From NCBI GenBank assembly GCA_021787205.1, contig JAJYME010000007.1:74334-138333 (forward strand): a DNA stretch of 64,000 bases, given 5' to 3'. A program made the position numbers and the translations under genes. Source of the DNA: a bacterium. Its GTDB lineage: Bacteria > Patescibacteriota > Minisyncoccia > UBA6257 > Colwellbacteraceae. How positions within the stretch are numbered: the first letter of the stretch is position 1; each line of letters opens with the position of its first letter. Under the pieces are notes generated by a model, which was given only the letters and a program-made list of their open reading frames with translations, was not told the origin of the DNA and did no database searches. Shown here one piece after another: positions 35,382 through 44,358 of this stretch.

Positions 35382-35905
35382 AACTTCTTGTAATAAATAA
35401 GCCTCGCGCTGATTGTCGTTTGCGCCCTTTCCAAAACTACGCCTTGACCATTCTTGACTACGATATTAACCACCACTCTCGGCGTCGTCTTATTGCCGCC
35501 GCCACTGTTGTCAGTGACCATAAACCAGCCCTCAGTCGTCAATTCGCTAGTGGTTAATGGATAATCGTTGGTGTCATTGACTATTTTATTGAGTCTTCCG
35601 GCGTTGAATTGATAAGTAATTTTCTCGCCCTTGTAATTGATGAAAGAAAAGCTGTCGACGGCGGAGTAGCTGGGATTAACGCTGTTTAAGAAATCCTTGC
35701 CCGTTCTCACCTCTCTCGCCAATTGTTCCATGACGGTGCTCACATTATCAATGGCAGCCGATTTTTGAGCTGTCAGCTTTGAAGTCTTAATGATCTGGAC
35801 AAAGATAGTGGTTGAAATAACCGTCACTAAGGTAAACAACGACAAAGAGATCATAAGCTCCATAAGGGTAAAACCCTTGATATTAGATTTTTTAATCATC
35901 GCCAA
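35378..35905 (-). CDS. type IV pilin-like / pseudopilin with prepilin N-methylation motif
   Basis: KGFTLMELMISLSLFTLV, the classic G/FTLxE prepilin peptidase site plus hydrophobic helix. Confidence 0.75.
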   Translation of the reverse strand: MAMIKKSNIKGFTLMELMISLSLFTLVTVISTTIFVQIIKTSKLTAQKSAAIDNVSTVMEQLAREVRTGKDFLNSVNPSYSAVDSFSFINYKGEKITYQFNAGRLNKIVNDTNDYPLTTSELTTEGWFMVTDNSGGGNKTTPRVVVNIVVKNGQGVVLERAQTTISARLIYYKKL

Positions 35906-36510
35906 TTGAATAAATAAGTTTCCGTCTTAACTGTCTGCCAGTTTCCCCTTCTGTCTGGCCAGGTGACATAAGAGACCAATCTCAAAGCATTCCCAGAGCT
36001 GACAGATTCGACCCCAACCGCCCTTTTGAATTTGCTTGAAACATTGCTCCCTCCCGTAGCATAACTGTAAAGTCCGCTTACCTTATCATAATTAAGAAAA
36101 GTCATCCCGTTCCTTTCCGCAGAGCTGATTCCATCCGAAGGATCAAAGTTGCCAGGATTAGAGATTCTCTTGCCGCTCGTATTCACGTCCTTGTAATCAA
36201 GCTGGTAATAGTTGCCCACGACCTGAAAATCGGCGTTCCAGTTGGCGCCGTAAGGATCGGACCTAGTGACGGCGTTTCTCAAGCTGCGGCCATCAACGAT
36301 ATTCTTGGCAACCTCTATTCCTTCGGCCGCCAGAAAGGTAGCCGTCGCCCTGTCGCCGACTATTTCCATCCTTCCAAGTGAGGAAACCACGGCACCCAAC
36401 ATGCCTATGACGCCAAAGGTCAGGAGAAGGATAGCGATTACCGCCTCATTAAGGGTTTGTCCTCGCTGCCAATAAATCCTGTCATTTTTTTTATCAAATA
36501 TTCCCTTCAT
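35896..36510 (-). CDS. minor pilin / pseudopilin
   Basis: RGQTLNEAVIAILLLTFGVIGM has the G-x4-E motif with Glu at +5. Confidence 0.65.
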   Translation of the reverse strand: MKGIFDKKNDRIYWQRGQTLNEAVIAILLLTFGVIGMLGAVVSSLGRMEIVGDRATATFLAAEGIEVAKNIVDGRSLRNAVTRSDPYGANWNADFQVVGNYYQLDYKDVNTSGKRISNPGNFDPSDGISSAERNGMTFLNYDKVSGLYSYATGGSNVSSKFKRAVGVESVSSGNALRLVSYVTWPDRRGNWQTVKTETYLFNWR

Positions 36511-36514
36511 TTAT

Positions 36515-37129
36515 TTATTTTTGAACAGCGTCAATCAAGCCGTATTTATTCAAGATTATTTTCTTTGTCTTTTGAGGGCTCCTTTTCGAATAAACCCCGA
36601 TAGCGACATCGGAATTAATGACACTCCCACCCTTGGAAAAAGTCGCCGTCGGATCGGGAGGAGTATAAACAATGCTGGTCGCGCAAGATCCCGCGGTGAA
36701 ATTGGAGTCCATATTGGCCCAGTTAGCTCCATAAAAACAAGCCAAATCGATTCCCGATTCCCCGACGAAAGTATCAGTAGAAGTGTTTAATAACTGGTCG
36801 GCTACATCATAGCGTCCGACACTGCCTCCCGAAGCGCAACTCCCGCCCGATTGCTTATCTATAAAGATAGTCGCCTTGCGGGAAGCGGTATCGATATAGA
36901 CCCCATATCCGCAGAAGGCGCCGTTTGCAGAAACGCTGTTCATTGCCAGAGTCTTGGCTCGAAAGAAAAGGCTTCTAAGCTTTTCGTGCTGGATAGAGAG
37001 CGACAAGTTTTCATTCCTGGCTTTGGTCGAAAGACCGGCAATGGCCACGATGACTGAGATGATCAGAATAACCATCATCATTTCAATCAAAGTAAATCCC
37101 CCGATTATCCCCTTCTTGTTTTGCCTCAT
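36515..37129 (-). CDS. type IV pilin (major pilin candidate)
   Basis: GGFTLIEMMMVILIISVIVAIAG canonical prepilin leader and N-terminal helix; start placed at the internal Met (37129). Confidence 0.8.
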   Translation of the reverse strand: MRQNKKGIIGGFTLIEMMMVILIISVIVAIAGLSTKARNENLSLSIQHEKLRSLFFRAKTLAMNSVSANGAFCGYGVYIDTASRKATIFIDKQSGGSCASGGSVGRYDVADQLLNTSTDTFVGESGIDLACFYGANWANMDSNFTAGSCATSIVYTPPDPTATFSKGGSVINSDVAIGVYSKRSPQKTKKIILNKYGLIDAVQK

Positions 37130-37203
37130 TGGAATAATTATAACCCAAAACGGGGAAAGACAAAAAAACAACATGAGTTAACATGTTGTTTTTTTGCATT
37201 CAG

Positions 37204-37914
37204 TTATTTGCTAAGGTCAGAAATGATTTGTTGGACTCTCTCCTTGGGATAAGCTCCATCAATGGTTCCTTTAGCCTCGCCATTCACGACGACGACCGCA
37301 AAAGGAGTTCCTTGAAGCCCGGATTCCTGGCCATTCGCGGCTTGCTCCTTGATTTTCTGATCATAAGAAGCCTTGTCGCAAGAGGAGATATTGGCACCGG
37401 ACTTGGAAGCGACAGCCGCAAGATCGATCTTAGCACCTTCTGATTTGTCATAGGCAGCGAAGGTATTGTCGACAAACTTCCAATAAGCGCTGTCTCCGCC
37501 CTTGGCATAGACACACTCAGCCGATTCGGCGGCTTCTTGAGCTTGGGGATGGAACGGCAGAGGGAAATAGCGGAGGACTAATGCGATCTCGCCATTTGAC
37601 TCATCAACAATGTTCTTGATAATCGGATGGAACTTCGAGCAATAAGGGCATTCGAGGTCAGTGTAAGCGACAACTTTAATCTTGGCCTTCTTGTTGCCAT
37701 AGATATGGTCTTGAGAGGTAATCTTGGCAACGTTCAGATAGGCCTTGCTCTCAGGTTGCTGGCCCTGCTGCTGATCCTGTGGCTGACCTTGTTGCTGATT
37801 GCCCGCAACGTTGTTCCCCTTATTAGCGTACAAAACGGCGGCGCCCACCAAAGCTCCCGCGATAATGATCGAAATGGGAACTAAAAGTTTCTCTAATTTC
37901 AATGAATCCTTCAT
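37204..37914 (-). CDS. DsbA-family thiol:disulfide oxidoreductase
   Basis: N-terminal anchor, Q-rich linker, CPYC active site in a thioredoxin fold. Confidence 0.75.
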   Translation of the reverse strand: MKDSLKLEKLLVPISIIIAGALVGAAVLYANKGNNVAGNQQQGQPQDQQQGQQPESKAYLNVAKITSQDHIYGNKKAKIKVVAYTDLECPYCSKFHPIIKNIVDESNGEIALVLRYFPLPFHPQAQEAAESAECVYAKGGDSAYWKFVDNTFAAYDKSEGAKIDLAAVASKSGANISSCDKASYDQKIKEQAANGQESGLQGTPFAVVVVNGEAKGTIDGAYPKERVQQIISDLSK

Positions 37915-37957
37915 GATTTGCTAATTATAGCACAAAACATTTTCAAGAAAAACAAAA

Positions 37958-37980
37958 AACGGCGAGTTGCCGTTTTTTAT
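37958..37980 (-). terminator. terminator after rpsR
   Basis: AACGGC-GAGT-TGCCGTT stem with a T-run. Confidence 0.5.
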
Positions 37981-37985
37981 CTTGC

Positions 37986-38198
37986 TTATCTCTTTACGAA
38001 AGGAAGCAAAGCCATAAATCTTGCTCTTTTGACAGCTTGCGCGAGTTTGCGCTGATGCTTGGCGCAAGTTCCGGTGTGCTTAGGATCGATGATCTTAGCT
38101 TGTCCGGAGACGAAGCGCTTTAACAAGTCAACTTCTTTGTAGTCGATGTCAATCAAATTCTGAGAGCAGAAATAACACTGTTTTTCTGTAATCTTCAT
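37986..38198 (-). CDS. rpsR: 30S ribosomal protein S18
   Basis: 70 aa with the CYFC and R-x-ARF-x-ALLP hallmark. Confidence 0.95.
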   Translation of the reverse strand: MKITEKQCYFCSQNLIDIDYKEVDLLKRFVSGQAKIIDPKHTGTCAKHQRKLAQAVKRARFMALLPFVKR

Positions 38199-38211
38199 TT
38201 TATTTTATTTA

Positions 38212-38688
38212 TTAAAACGGTAAATCTTCCGGACGGATATCCAAGACATCGTCTTCGATTTCAATGACGGGAACATCTTCTTTTCCTTCAGTTTTAGCAT
38301 TTGAGCCGAAGCTGTTGTTTGAGGAGGATGATCTTTCGTAGCTGCCTCCACCCTGATTAGCAGAGCGAGGACCAAGCTGCAAAGATTCTCCCATTATTTC
38401 CGTCACGTACCTCTTGCTTCCGTCTTTGGCTTCATAACTCCTGGTCTGGAGCCTGCCCTCGACTAAAACAAGAGAACCCTTGGTCAAGAATTGGCTAGCG
38501 ACGTCAGCCTGCCTTCCGAAAAAGACGACATTGTGAAATTCGCTGGCTTCCTTCTTTTGTCCGGATTTGTCGGTCCACACTCTGTTGGTAGCGATGCTGA
38601 AGCTCGTTACCCGCTCTCCGCTAGTGGTCGTCCTGGTTTCAGGATCGGCCGTAACTCTGCCAAGTATGAAAACCTTGTTAAGATTCAT
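38212..38688 (-). CDS. ssb: single-stranded DNA-binding protein
   Basis: OB-fold N-terminus, Gly-rich linker, acidic C-terminal DIRPEDLPF tail. Confidence 0.95.
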   Translation of the reverse strand: MNLNKVFILGRVTADPETRTTTSGERVTSFSIATNRVWTDKSGQKKEASEFHNVVFFGRQADVASQFLTKGSLVLVEGRLQTRSYEAKDGSKRYVTEIMGESLQLGPRSANQGGGSYERSSSSNNSFGSNAKTEGKEDVPVIEIEDDVLDIRPEDLPF

Positions 38689-38697
38689 AAGTTTTTA

Positions 38698-39105
38698 TTA
38701 TCCTAAAATTTCTTGAAGCTTTTCATCAAGAGAATTGTCATCGACCGGAGCGGACTTAACTTCCGCTTCTGTTTCCTTCTTTTCAGCCTTAGGCGCTTCC
38801 TCGGAAGCGAAAGACTTGGTGGGTTTGGCAGGAACCGGAGTGACGATCAAAGATCGCAAAACTCCTTCGGCAAACCTTAATTTTTTCTCTATCTCGGGCG
38901 CCTTCTCGGGCAAAGCCGAAAAGACAATCGAGCCAAAGAAAGCGGAAGTCTGCTTGTTGATGGGATAGGCCAATCTGATTTCGGCATATCTTCCTTCGGA
39001 AAGGATTTCTCCTTGCGCTCCCGCAATGACCGCCTTGACGGTCTCTTTATCGCCCTCTCTGAGGGTCAAAAAAGATATTTCGTATTGTCTCGTACCTTCT
39101 AACAT
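38698..39105 (-). CDS. rpsF: 30S ribosomal protein S6
   Basis: Conserved rpsF-ssb-rpsR gene order and S6 N-terminal similarity. Confidence 0.85.
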   Translation of the reverse strand: MLEGTRQYEISFLTLREGDKETVKAVIAGAQGEILSEGRYAEIRLAYPINKQTSAFFGSIVFSALPEKAPEIEKKLRFAEGVLRSLIVTPVPAKPTKSFASEEAPKAEKKETEAEVKSAPVDDNSLDEKLQEILG

Positions 39106-39147
39106 ACGTCTGTTATTCTGCCAGAAAATGGAGGAAAAGTCAATTCG

Positions 39148-39180
39148 GGCAATCCCGCCAAATTGGCGGGATTTTTTGGT
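39148..39180 (+). repeat. ATCCCGCC-stem hairpin with a plus-side T-run; member of a recurring hairpin family
   Basis: AATCCCGCC-AAATT-GGCGGGATT followed by TTTTGGTTTTTT. Related hairpins sit at 52003, 54196 and 56543. Confidence 0.5.
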
Positions 39181-39206
39181 TTTTTATTTCTCCGTATAAA
39201 GGCAAC

Positions 39207-39232
39207 GAACAAAAAATCGCCGATTTCTCGGC
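39207..39232 (-). terminator. greA terminator
   Basis: AATCGCCGA-TTTCT-CGGCGATT stem followed by TTTTTTGTT on the minus strand. Confidence 0.55.
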
Positions 39233-39234
39233 GA

Positions 39235-39693
39235 TTAATTGATAGAGATGATTTTGTATTTTATCTCACCCGCTGGGGCGGAAACGACGGCGATGTCGCC
39301 GACTTTCTTTCCCACTAAGGCCTTTCCGATCGGAGATTCGTTAGAAATCAATCCTTCCTCGGGTTTGGCTTCGGATGAGCCGACAATGGAAAACTTCTTG
39401 GTCTTCTTATTGACCTCGACTTCCACTTCGGAACCGATATCGACAAAGTCGGATCGTCCTCCTTTCTGGATGACGCTGGCGTTCTTGATTATATCTTCAA
39501 GTTCGTCGATCCTGTCTTCGATGTCGGATTGCTCTTCCCTGGCGCTGTCATATTCCGCGTTCTCAGAGAGATCTCCGTATTCCTTGGCGCGCTTCAAGCG
39601 CTCCGCGACTTCGATTCTCTTCGTAGTTTTCAGATCCTCCAGCTCGGCTTTCAGGTCAATCAATCTCTGTTCCGATAAATAATACTTCTTCAT
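39235..39693 (-). CDS. greA: transcription elongation factor GreA
   Basis: N-terminal coiled-coil with acidic tip (DLSENAEYD), C-terminal FKBP-like domain; 152 aa. Confidence 0.95.
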   Translation of the reverse strand: MKKYYLSEQRLIDLKAELEDLKTTKRIEVAERLKRAKEYGDLSENAEYDSAREEQSDIEDRIDELEDIIKNASVIQKGGRSDFVDIGSEVEVEVNKKTKKFSIVGSSEAKPEEGLISNESPIGKALVGKKVGDIAVVSAPAGEIKYKIISIN

Positions 39694-39738
39694 AAAATTA
39701 TATTGATTATTCCCGCCATTAGGACGGGAATAATTGTT

Positions 39739-40425
39739 CTAGCGACTTTTTATCCTGTTTATGATTGAGATAAAAAACACTTTAACAGAACGCAAAACAA
39801 AAGAAATAATTTCCTTTAGGGTATGTTTTTGCGGTTCTTTGTGAAGCAAAACTCCTACTTCGGCGATTTCTATGCGGTTTTGCTTCAAATCAAACATAAG
39901 CTCAACCATGGAATCGAATTTTGTTTCGTTTCCAAGGACGGGAGCGATCTTTTGTTTGGCGCAGACGAAGGGTGTCATAAGATCGGACACTTTCGGATGC
40001 ACAAGACGGCCAAAGCCCGAGATGACAGAATTGCCAATCCCGGAATTGTCCATCCTCTTTCCAAAAGCGATATCAACCTCTTCGTCGCTATCCAAAAAGT
40101 CAGCCAGCTTCAGAAGCTCAATCATAGGAGCCTCATCGCTCAAGGCAAACAAACGGTATTCCCCGCTTGCTTCCCTCATCCCCGCTTTAATAAGGTCGGT
40201 TCTGTTCTTTTCTCCGGTCTTCAAGAATTTGATCCCGGTAACTCCGGCGATCTTTTTTATTGATTCCGGCGCCGTTTCCAGTGAATTTTCACCGAGAATT
40301 ATGATTTCATAATCCTTTCCCAGCTCTTTCAAGCGCCTGTCGGCATCAACGACTTGGAGCAGCAATTGATCAGCTGCCCCAATGTCGTGAAACAAGACCG
40401 AGATATACGGACGGTTTGTATTCAT
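39739..40425 (-). CDS. family 2 glycosyltransferase (polyprenol-phosphate sugar transferase-like)
   Basis: 228 aa, soluble GT-A-like fold with a DSD-like motif. Confidence 0.55.
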   Translation of the reverse strand: MNTNRPYISVLFHDIGAADQLLLQVVDADRRLKELGKDYEIIILGENSLETAPESIKKIAGVTGIKFLKTGEKNRTDLIKAGMREASGEYRLFALSDEAPMIELLKLADFLDSDEEVDIAFGKRMDNSGIGNSVISGFGRLVHPKVSDLMTPFVCAKQKIAPVLGNETKFDSMVELMFDLKQNRIEIAEVGVLLHKEPQKHTLKEIISFVLRSVKVFFISIINRIKSR

Positions 40426-40438
40426 ATATAAATTGTTT

Positions 40439-40840
40439 TTAGCGTTTCGCCCATTGAGGAGCTCTTCTCGCCTTCTTCAATCCCGGTTTCTTTCTTTCAA
40501 CCATTCTTGAATCGCGGGTCAAGAGACTGTTGCTCTTGAGTCCCTTGACGAGGGTAGAATCCAACTTAGCAATGGCGCGAGCCAGTCCCAAAGAGACGGC
40601 TTCAGCCTGAGCGGAAAGTCCGCTTCCGGAAATCTTAACGGAGACGGAAACCTTTTCCGGCAAAGTGACTTTGGCGAGAGGTTTTCCGGCAGCGAGACGC
40701 TGCTCTTCAGTCTTGAAGTATTCGTTTACGTCCTTGCCATTGACGACAAAGCCGGTATTTCCAGGGAAAATCCTTACGCGAGCGGTAGCGGTCTTCCTTC
40801 TTCCAACGCCTTCAAAAAATTTTTGAGTGTCTTTCTTCAT
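40439..40840 (-). CDS. rpsI: 30S ribosomal protein S9
   Basis: GRRKTATARV...KKPGLKKARRAPQWAKR. Confidence 0.95.
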   Translation of the reverse strand: MKKDTQKFFEGVGRRKTATARVRIFPGNTGFVVNGKDVNEYFKTEEQRLAAGKPLAKVTLPEKVSVSVKISGSGLSAQAEAVSLGLARAIAKLDSTLVKGLKSNSLLTRDSRMVERKKPGLKKARRAPQWAKR

Positions 40841-40844
40841 AGAG

Positions 40845-41189
40845 TTATTCTTCTATAATCAAGCGCTTCATTCTTTTTGCCTGGAGCTTGTTCTTGGGAA
40901 GCATGTGTTCGACAGCATTCCTCAAAACGAAGGCCGGGCTTTTGGCGAAGGCTTCTTTGTAAGTTTTTTCTTTAAGATGTCCCATATATCCGGTATGGCG
41001 GTAGTAGATTTTCTGTTCAGCCTTTTTTCCGGTTATTTCGATATCTCTGATGTTTTTGATGACGACGCGATTTTCACCTTCAAGCCTGGGTTCATATTCA
41101 GCTGAATCCTTTCCTTGAAGAAGAAGCGCAATCTTCGTGGCGAAACGGCCTACTTTTTGATTTTTCGCGTCCAAAATTATTTCTTTCAT
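40845..41189 (-). CDS. rplM: 50S ribosomal protein L13
   Basis: Position upstream of rpsI and L13-like sequence; 114 aa. Confidence 0.85.
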   Translation of the reverse strand: MKEIILDAKNQKVGRFATKIALLLQGKDSAEYEPRLEGENRVVIKNIRDIEITGKKAEQKIYYRHTGYMGHLKEKTYKEAFAKSPAFVLRNAVEHMLPKNKLQAKRMKRLIIEE

Positions 41190-41197
41190 ATTATATT

Positions 41198-41548
41198 TTA
41201 GACAAATTCAATTTTAACCATTTCGACCCCATCACGCATCCTGACCTTTCCGGTCTTTAAGATGCGGAGGTAACCTCCCTTTCTATCCATATATTTCGGT
41301 GCAATCTCATGATACAGCTTGAATGCCGGTTTTTCAGGAAGGCGGCTAATCAAGAGTTTTAATGAAGCGAGGTCCTGCTTCTTTGCGAGGGTGACCATTT
41401 TCTCAACACGCGGACGGATTTCTTTTGCTCTCGCCGGAGTAGTTTGAATGGCGCCCTCAAGGATCAAGGAGGTCATCAATGATTTGACGAACTGTCTCCT
41501 ATCACCTTTCTCCCTTCCAAATTTTGTACCTTTAACAGAGTGGCGCAT
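41198..41548 (-). CDS. rplQ: 50S ribosomal protein L17
   Basis: MRHSVKGTKFGRE...GGYLRILK. Confidence 0.95.
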   Translation of the reverse strand: MRHSVKGTKFGREKGDRRQFVKSLMTSLILEGAIQTTPARAKEIRPRVEKMVTLAKKQDLASLKLLISRLPEKPAFKLYHEIAPKYMDRKGGYLRILKTGKVRMRDGVEMVKIEFV

Positions 41549-41564
41549 TGTAATTTAATTCCTT

Positions 41565-42269
41565 TTATTCTTCAGACTCTTCAATCTCCGCGACTTTGGC
41601 GCAGTGATCCAAGAGGATCTTTGAGGCTTTTCTCAAAGCCTTTGACGGACTGATCGAACCGTCAGTTTCAATATTCAAAATGACGCGATTAAAATCCGTC
41701 CTGTCGCCGACGCGCATATTTTCAGTTGCGAGTCCGACATTGATGACTGGAGTAAAAACAGCATCAAGAGCGATGACGCCGACATCTAATTTGCCGAACT
41801 TCATCTTCTCAACCGGGACATAACCTAATCCTTTATCTACTGTAATTTCCATTTCCACTTCCGCCTTTTTGTCAGTAGTGGTAAAAAGATGGATTTCAGG
41901 ATTGATAACTTTCACGAAAGCGTTACCTTTGATGTCCGCTCCGGTGACCTCCTTCTCCCCCTTAACTTTAAGGGAAAGGACCTGAGGTTCGTCCGCGTTA
42001 AATTCGAAACGGATCTTCTTAAGATTCAAACCGATATCGACGACATCTTCTAAGACGTGGTCAACGGTTACGAATTCATGAAGAACCCCTTTGATTTTAA
42101 ATTGGACAACGGCAGCCCCGGGAAGCGATGACAAGAGGATTCTTCTCAACGCATTTCCAAAGGTCAAACCGTATCCGGGATATAATCCCTCGATTTCGAA
42201 AACGCCAAGTTTACCGTCGTCAGACACCTTTTTAACTTTAACGCTATCGCTTAGATAGGTGTAATTCAT
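41565..42269 (-). CDS. rpoA: DNA-directed RNA polymerase alpha subunit, N-terminal domain only (no alpha-CTD)
   Basis: 234 aa covering the alpha dimerisation/assembly domain; conserved rpsD-rpoA-rplQ order. Confidence 0.85.
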   Translation of the reverse strand: MNYTYLSDSVKVKKVSDDGKLGVFEIEGLYPGYGLTFGNALRRILLSSLPGAAVVQFKIKGVLHEFVTVDHVLEDVVDIGLNLKKIRFEFNADEPQVLSLKVKGEKEVTGADIKGNAFVKVINPEIHLFTTTDKKAEVEMEITVDKGLGYVPVEKMKFGKLDVGVIALDAVFTPVINVGLATENMRVGDRTDFNRVILNIETDGSISPSKALRKASKILLDHCAKVAEIEESEE

Positions 42270-42292
42270 TTTATGTCTTTGGTTTTTATTTA

Positions 42293-42901
42293 TTATTTAA
42301 GGTAGTAGTTAACGACCAAGTCCAAGTCGAAAGGAATTTCAACGTCTCTCGGTTCGGTTAAGACTTCAACAGCCTTCTTTTCCTTATCAAGCTTGAGCCA
42401 AGCCGGAGCTTCAAAGTTCTTGAAGCGGTTGTCGGCGGCGGCGATAGCCTGATGTTCGGCGCTTTCAGCTCTGAAAGCGATTCTGTCTCCAATTCTTACA
42501 GCGTAAGAAGGAGTAGTAACCTTTCTTCCGTTAACAGTGATGTGTCCGTGTCCGACGAGCTGCTTGGCAACTCTTCTGGAACCGGCCAAACCGGAACGAA
42601 AAACAATGTTATCAAGGCGAGATTCAAGTGATCTGACCAAGGCGACGTGAGTAGGTTCCTTCGAGGCGTTAGCCAAGTCGAAGTACTTTCCCATTTGCTT
42701 TTCGGTTAATAGGTAGCTGAAGCGAACTTTTTGCTTTTCGGCAAGTTGTTTGCCGAATTCACTTACTTTTTTGAAAGAGCGAGGGTGAGCTCCAGGACGA
42801 GTCGGACGCTTTGCATGGGCGCATTTACCCGAGGCGCAGCGATCGGCTTTGAGCATCAATTTTGTTCCCAACGCGCGTTCCTTTTTTTCAAGAATTCTCA
42901 T
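42293..42901 (-). CDS. rpsD: 30S ribosomal protein S4
   Basis: 202 aa with an N-terminal Zn-ribbon-like cysteine pair and an S4 RNA-binding domain. Confidence 0.95.
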   Translation of the reverse strand: MRILEKKERALGTKLMLKADRCASGKCAHAKRPTRPGAHPRSFKKVSEFGKQLAEKQKVRFSYLLTEKQMGKYFDLANASKEPTHVALVRSLESRLDNIVFRSGLAGSRRVAKQLVGHGHITVNGRKVTTPSYAVRIGDRIAFRAESAEHQAIAAADNRFKNFEAPAWLKLDKEKKAVEVLTEPRDVEIPFDLDLVVNYYLK

Positions 42902-42909
42902 GTCGTTTA

Positions 42910-43356
42910 TTAAACTCTTCTCACTTTCTTAGGTTTAGGTCCATTATGCGGGACGGGAGTAACATCCTTGATCGAAAGGATATTAAATCCGTGGTTGATA
43001 AGGGAACGGATCGCCGAATCTCGACCGACGGAAACTCCGGAGACGATAACATCAACATTGAAAGGACCTGATTTCGCAATCTTCTCAGCGATAGTCGCGA
43101 CGACTTTCTGAGCGGCGAACGGGGTCGCTTTCTTGGGACCGGCAAATCCAAGGGAACCGGCGGATGCCCAGGCGACGACATTTCCGTTGGTGTCAGTAAC
43201 AGTGATTAACGTGTTATTGAAAGAAACGTTGATGTAAACGCGGCCAGCATCAAAGCTCTTCGACTTCTTTGCAGGAGTCTTGTCGGCTTTCTTAGCGCTA
43301 GTCTTTTTGGTTGCAGTGGTTTTTTTAGTTGTGGTTGTGGTTTTTTTCTGTGCCAT
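42910..43356 (-). CDS. rpsK: 30S ribosomal protein S11 with a K/T-rich N-terminal extension
   Basis: C-terminal GFNILSIKDVTPVPHNGPKPKKVRRV. Confidence 0.95.
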   Translation of the reverse strand: MAQKKTTTTTKKTTATKKTSAKKADKTPAKKSKSFDAGRVYINVSFNNTLITVTDTNGNVVAWASAGSLGFAGPKKATPFAAQKVVATIAEKIAKSGPFNVDVIVSGVSVGRDSAIRSLINHGFNILSIKDVTPVPHNGPKPKKVRRV

Positions 43357-43362
43357 ATTCCA

Positions 43363-43743
43363 TTATTTGAGTTCAACCTTTCTCTTTCCGCTAGTCGCGG
43401 TGGCTCTCTTATTGCCACGAACGGTGCGGGTGTTGGTCTTGGTTCTCTGTCCACGGACAGGAAGATGACGAGCATGTCTCGTACCTCTGTATGAACCGAT
43501 GTCTTTTAAGCGATTGATGTTGGATTTGATTTCCGTTCTCAATTCTCCTTCGATCTTGTATTCCTCGAGGGCTTCCTTGATCTTGTTGATTTCAGCGGGA
43601 GTCAGATCCTTCGCTCTGGTGTCAGGATTGATACCAGTCTTGGCTAAGATGTCCTTGGCGAGCTTGGGGCCGATGCCGTAGACATAGCGAAGCGCAATTT
43701 CAGAGCGCTTTTCATCAGGGATATTAATACCAGCTATTCTCAT
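43363..43743 (-). CDS. rpsM: 30S ribosomal protein S13
   Basis: MRIAGINIP...YRGTRHARHLPVRGQRTKTN. Confidence 0.95.
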   Translation of the reverse strand: MRIAGINIPDEKRSEIALRYVYGIGPKLAKDILAKTGINPDTRAKDLTPAEINKIKEALEEYKIEGELRTEIKSNINRLKDIGSYRGTRHARHLPVRGQRTKTNTRTVRGNKRATATSGKRKVELK

Positions 43744-43780
43744 AGTAATTAATTATGCTAAATATTGTTTATTTGTTTTT

Positions 43781-43897
43781 TTAACCCTGTCTTTGTTTGT
43801 GTTTGGGTATCTTTGAACAGATTACATAGATTCGACCGTGTCTGCGGACAATCTTGCAATCCTTACAGATTTTTTTTACTGATGGACGAACTTTCAT
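43781..43897 (-). CDS. rpmJ: 50S ribosomal protein L36; 38 aa, below the track's length cutoff
   Basis: Hand translation gives [38 protein letters not shown], an L36 zinc ribbon, in the expected infA-rpmJ-rpsM position. Confidence 0.85.
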   Translation of the reverse strand: MKVRPSVKKICKDCKIVRRHGRIYVICSKIPKHKQRQG

Positions 43898-43907
43898 TGT
43901 ATATATA

Positions 43908-44105
43908 TTACAATCTTCTTGTTATTCTTCCTCTTTTCTCGTCATAAGGAGTCATTTCTACCAGAACCTTATCTCCGAGAACGATTTTAATGTGGTTTTT
44001 TCTCATCTTTCCCGCGAGATAGGCGAGGACTTCCCTTCCGTCTTCAAGTTGAACCTTGAAAGTCGTTGCCGGTAAGGCCTCGATGACTTGTCCTTGTATT
44101 GTCAT
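43908..44105 (-). CDS. infA: translation initiation factor IF-1
   Basis: 65 aa S1-like OB fold; [24 protein letters not shown]. Confidence 0.9.
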   Translation of the reverse strand: MTIQGQVIEALPATTFKVQLEDGREVLAYLAGKMRKNHIKIVLGDKVLVEMTPYDEKRGRITRRL

Positions 44106-44328
44106 TGAAAATTGGTGATAACGCTAATGTTTTGTTGGGATGTACGCAAAAAAGTCACTCCAGGTTTTATCGCCTCTGTAATTTCCGGATTTTGTTCCGA
44201 AAAGGAGTCCAGCAACGATTAGGAGTTGACTATTTTATCTTTATGCAGCCGCTGCAAAAAGCGAGATCCCGCCTTTTTAGCTATCTATTTATACTATTAA
44301 ACAGGAAAAAGGTCAAGGAGAAACAAAA

Positions 44329-44356
44329 AGAGGCAGGGTGTCTACCCTGCCTCGTT
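44329..44356 (-). terminator. strong rho-independent terminator after gene 44359..44799
   Basis: GAGGCAGGGT-GTCT-ACCCTGCCTC stem followed by TTTTTGTTT on the minus strand. Confidence 0.6.
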
Positions 44357-44358
44357 CT

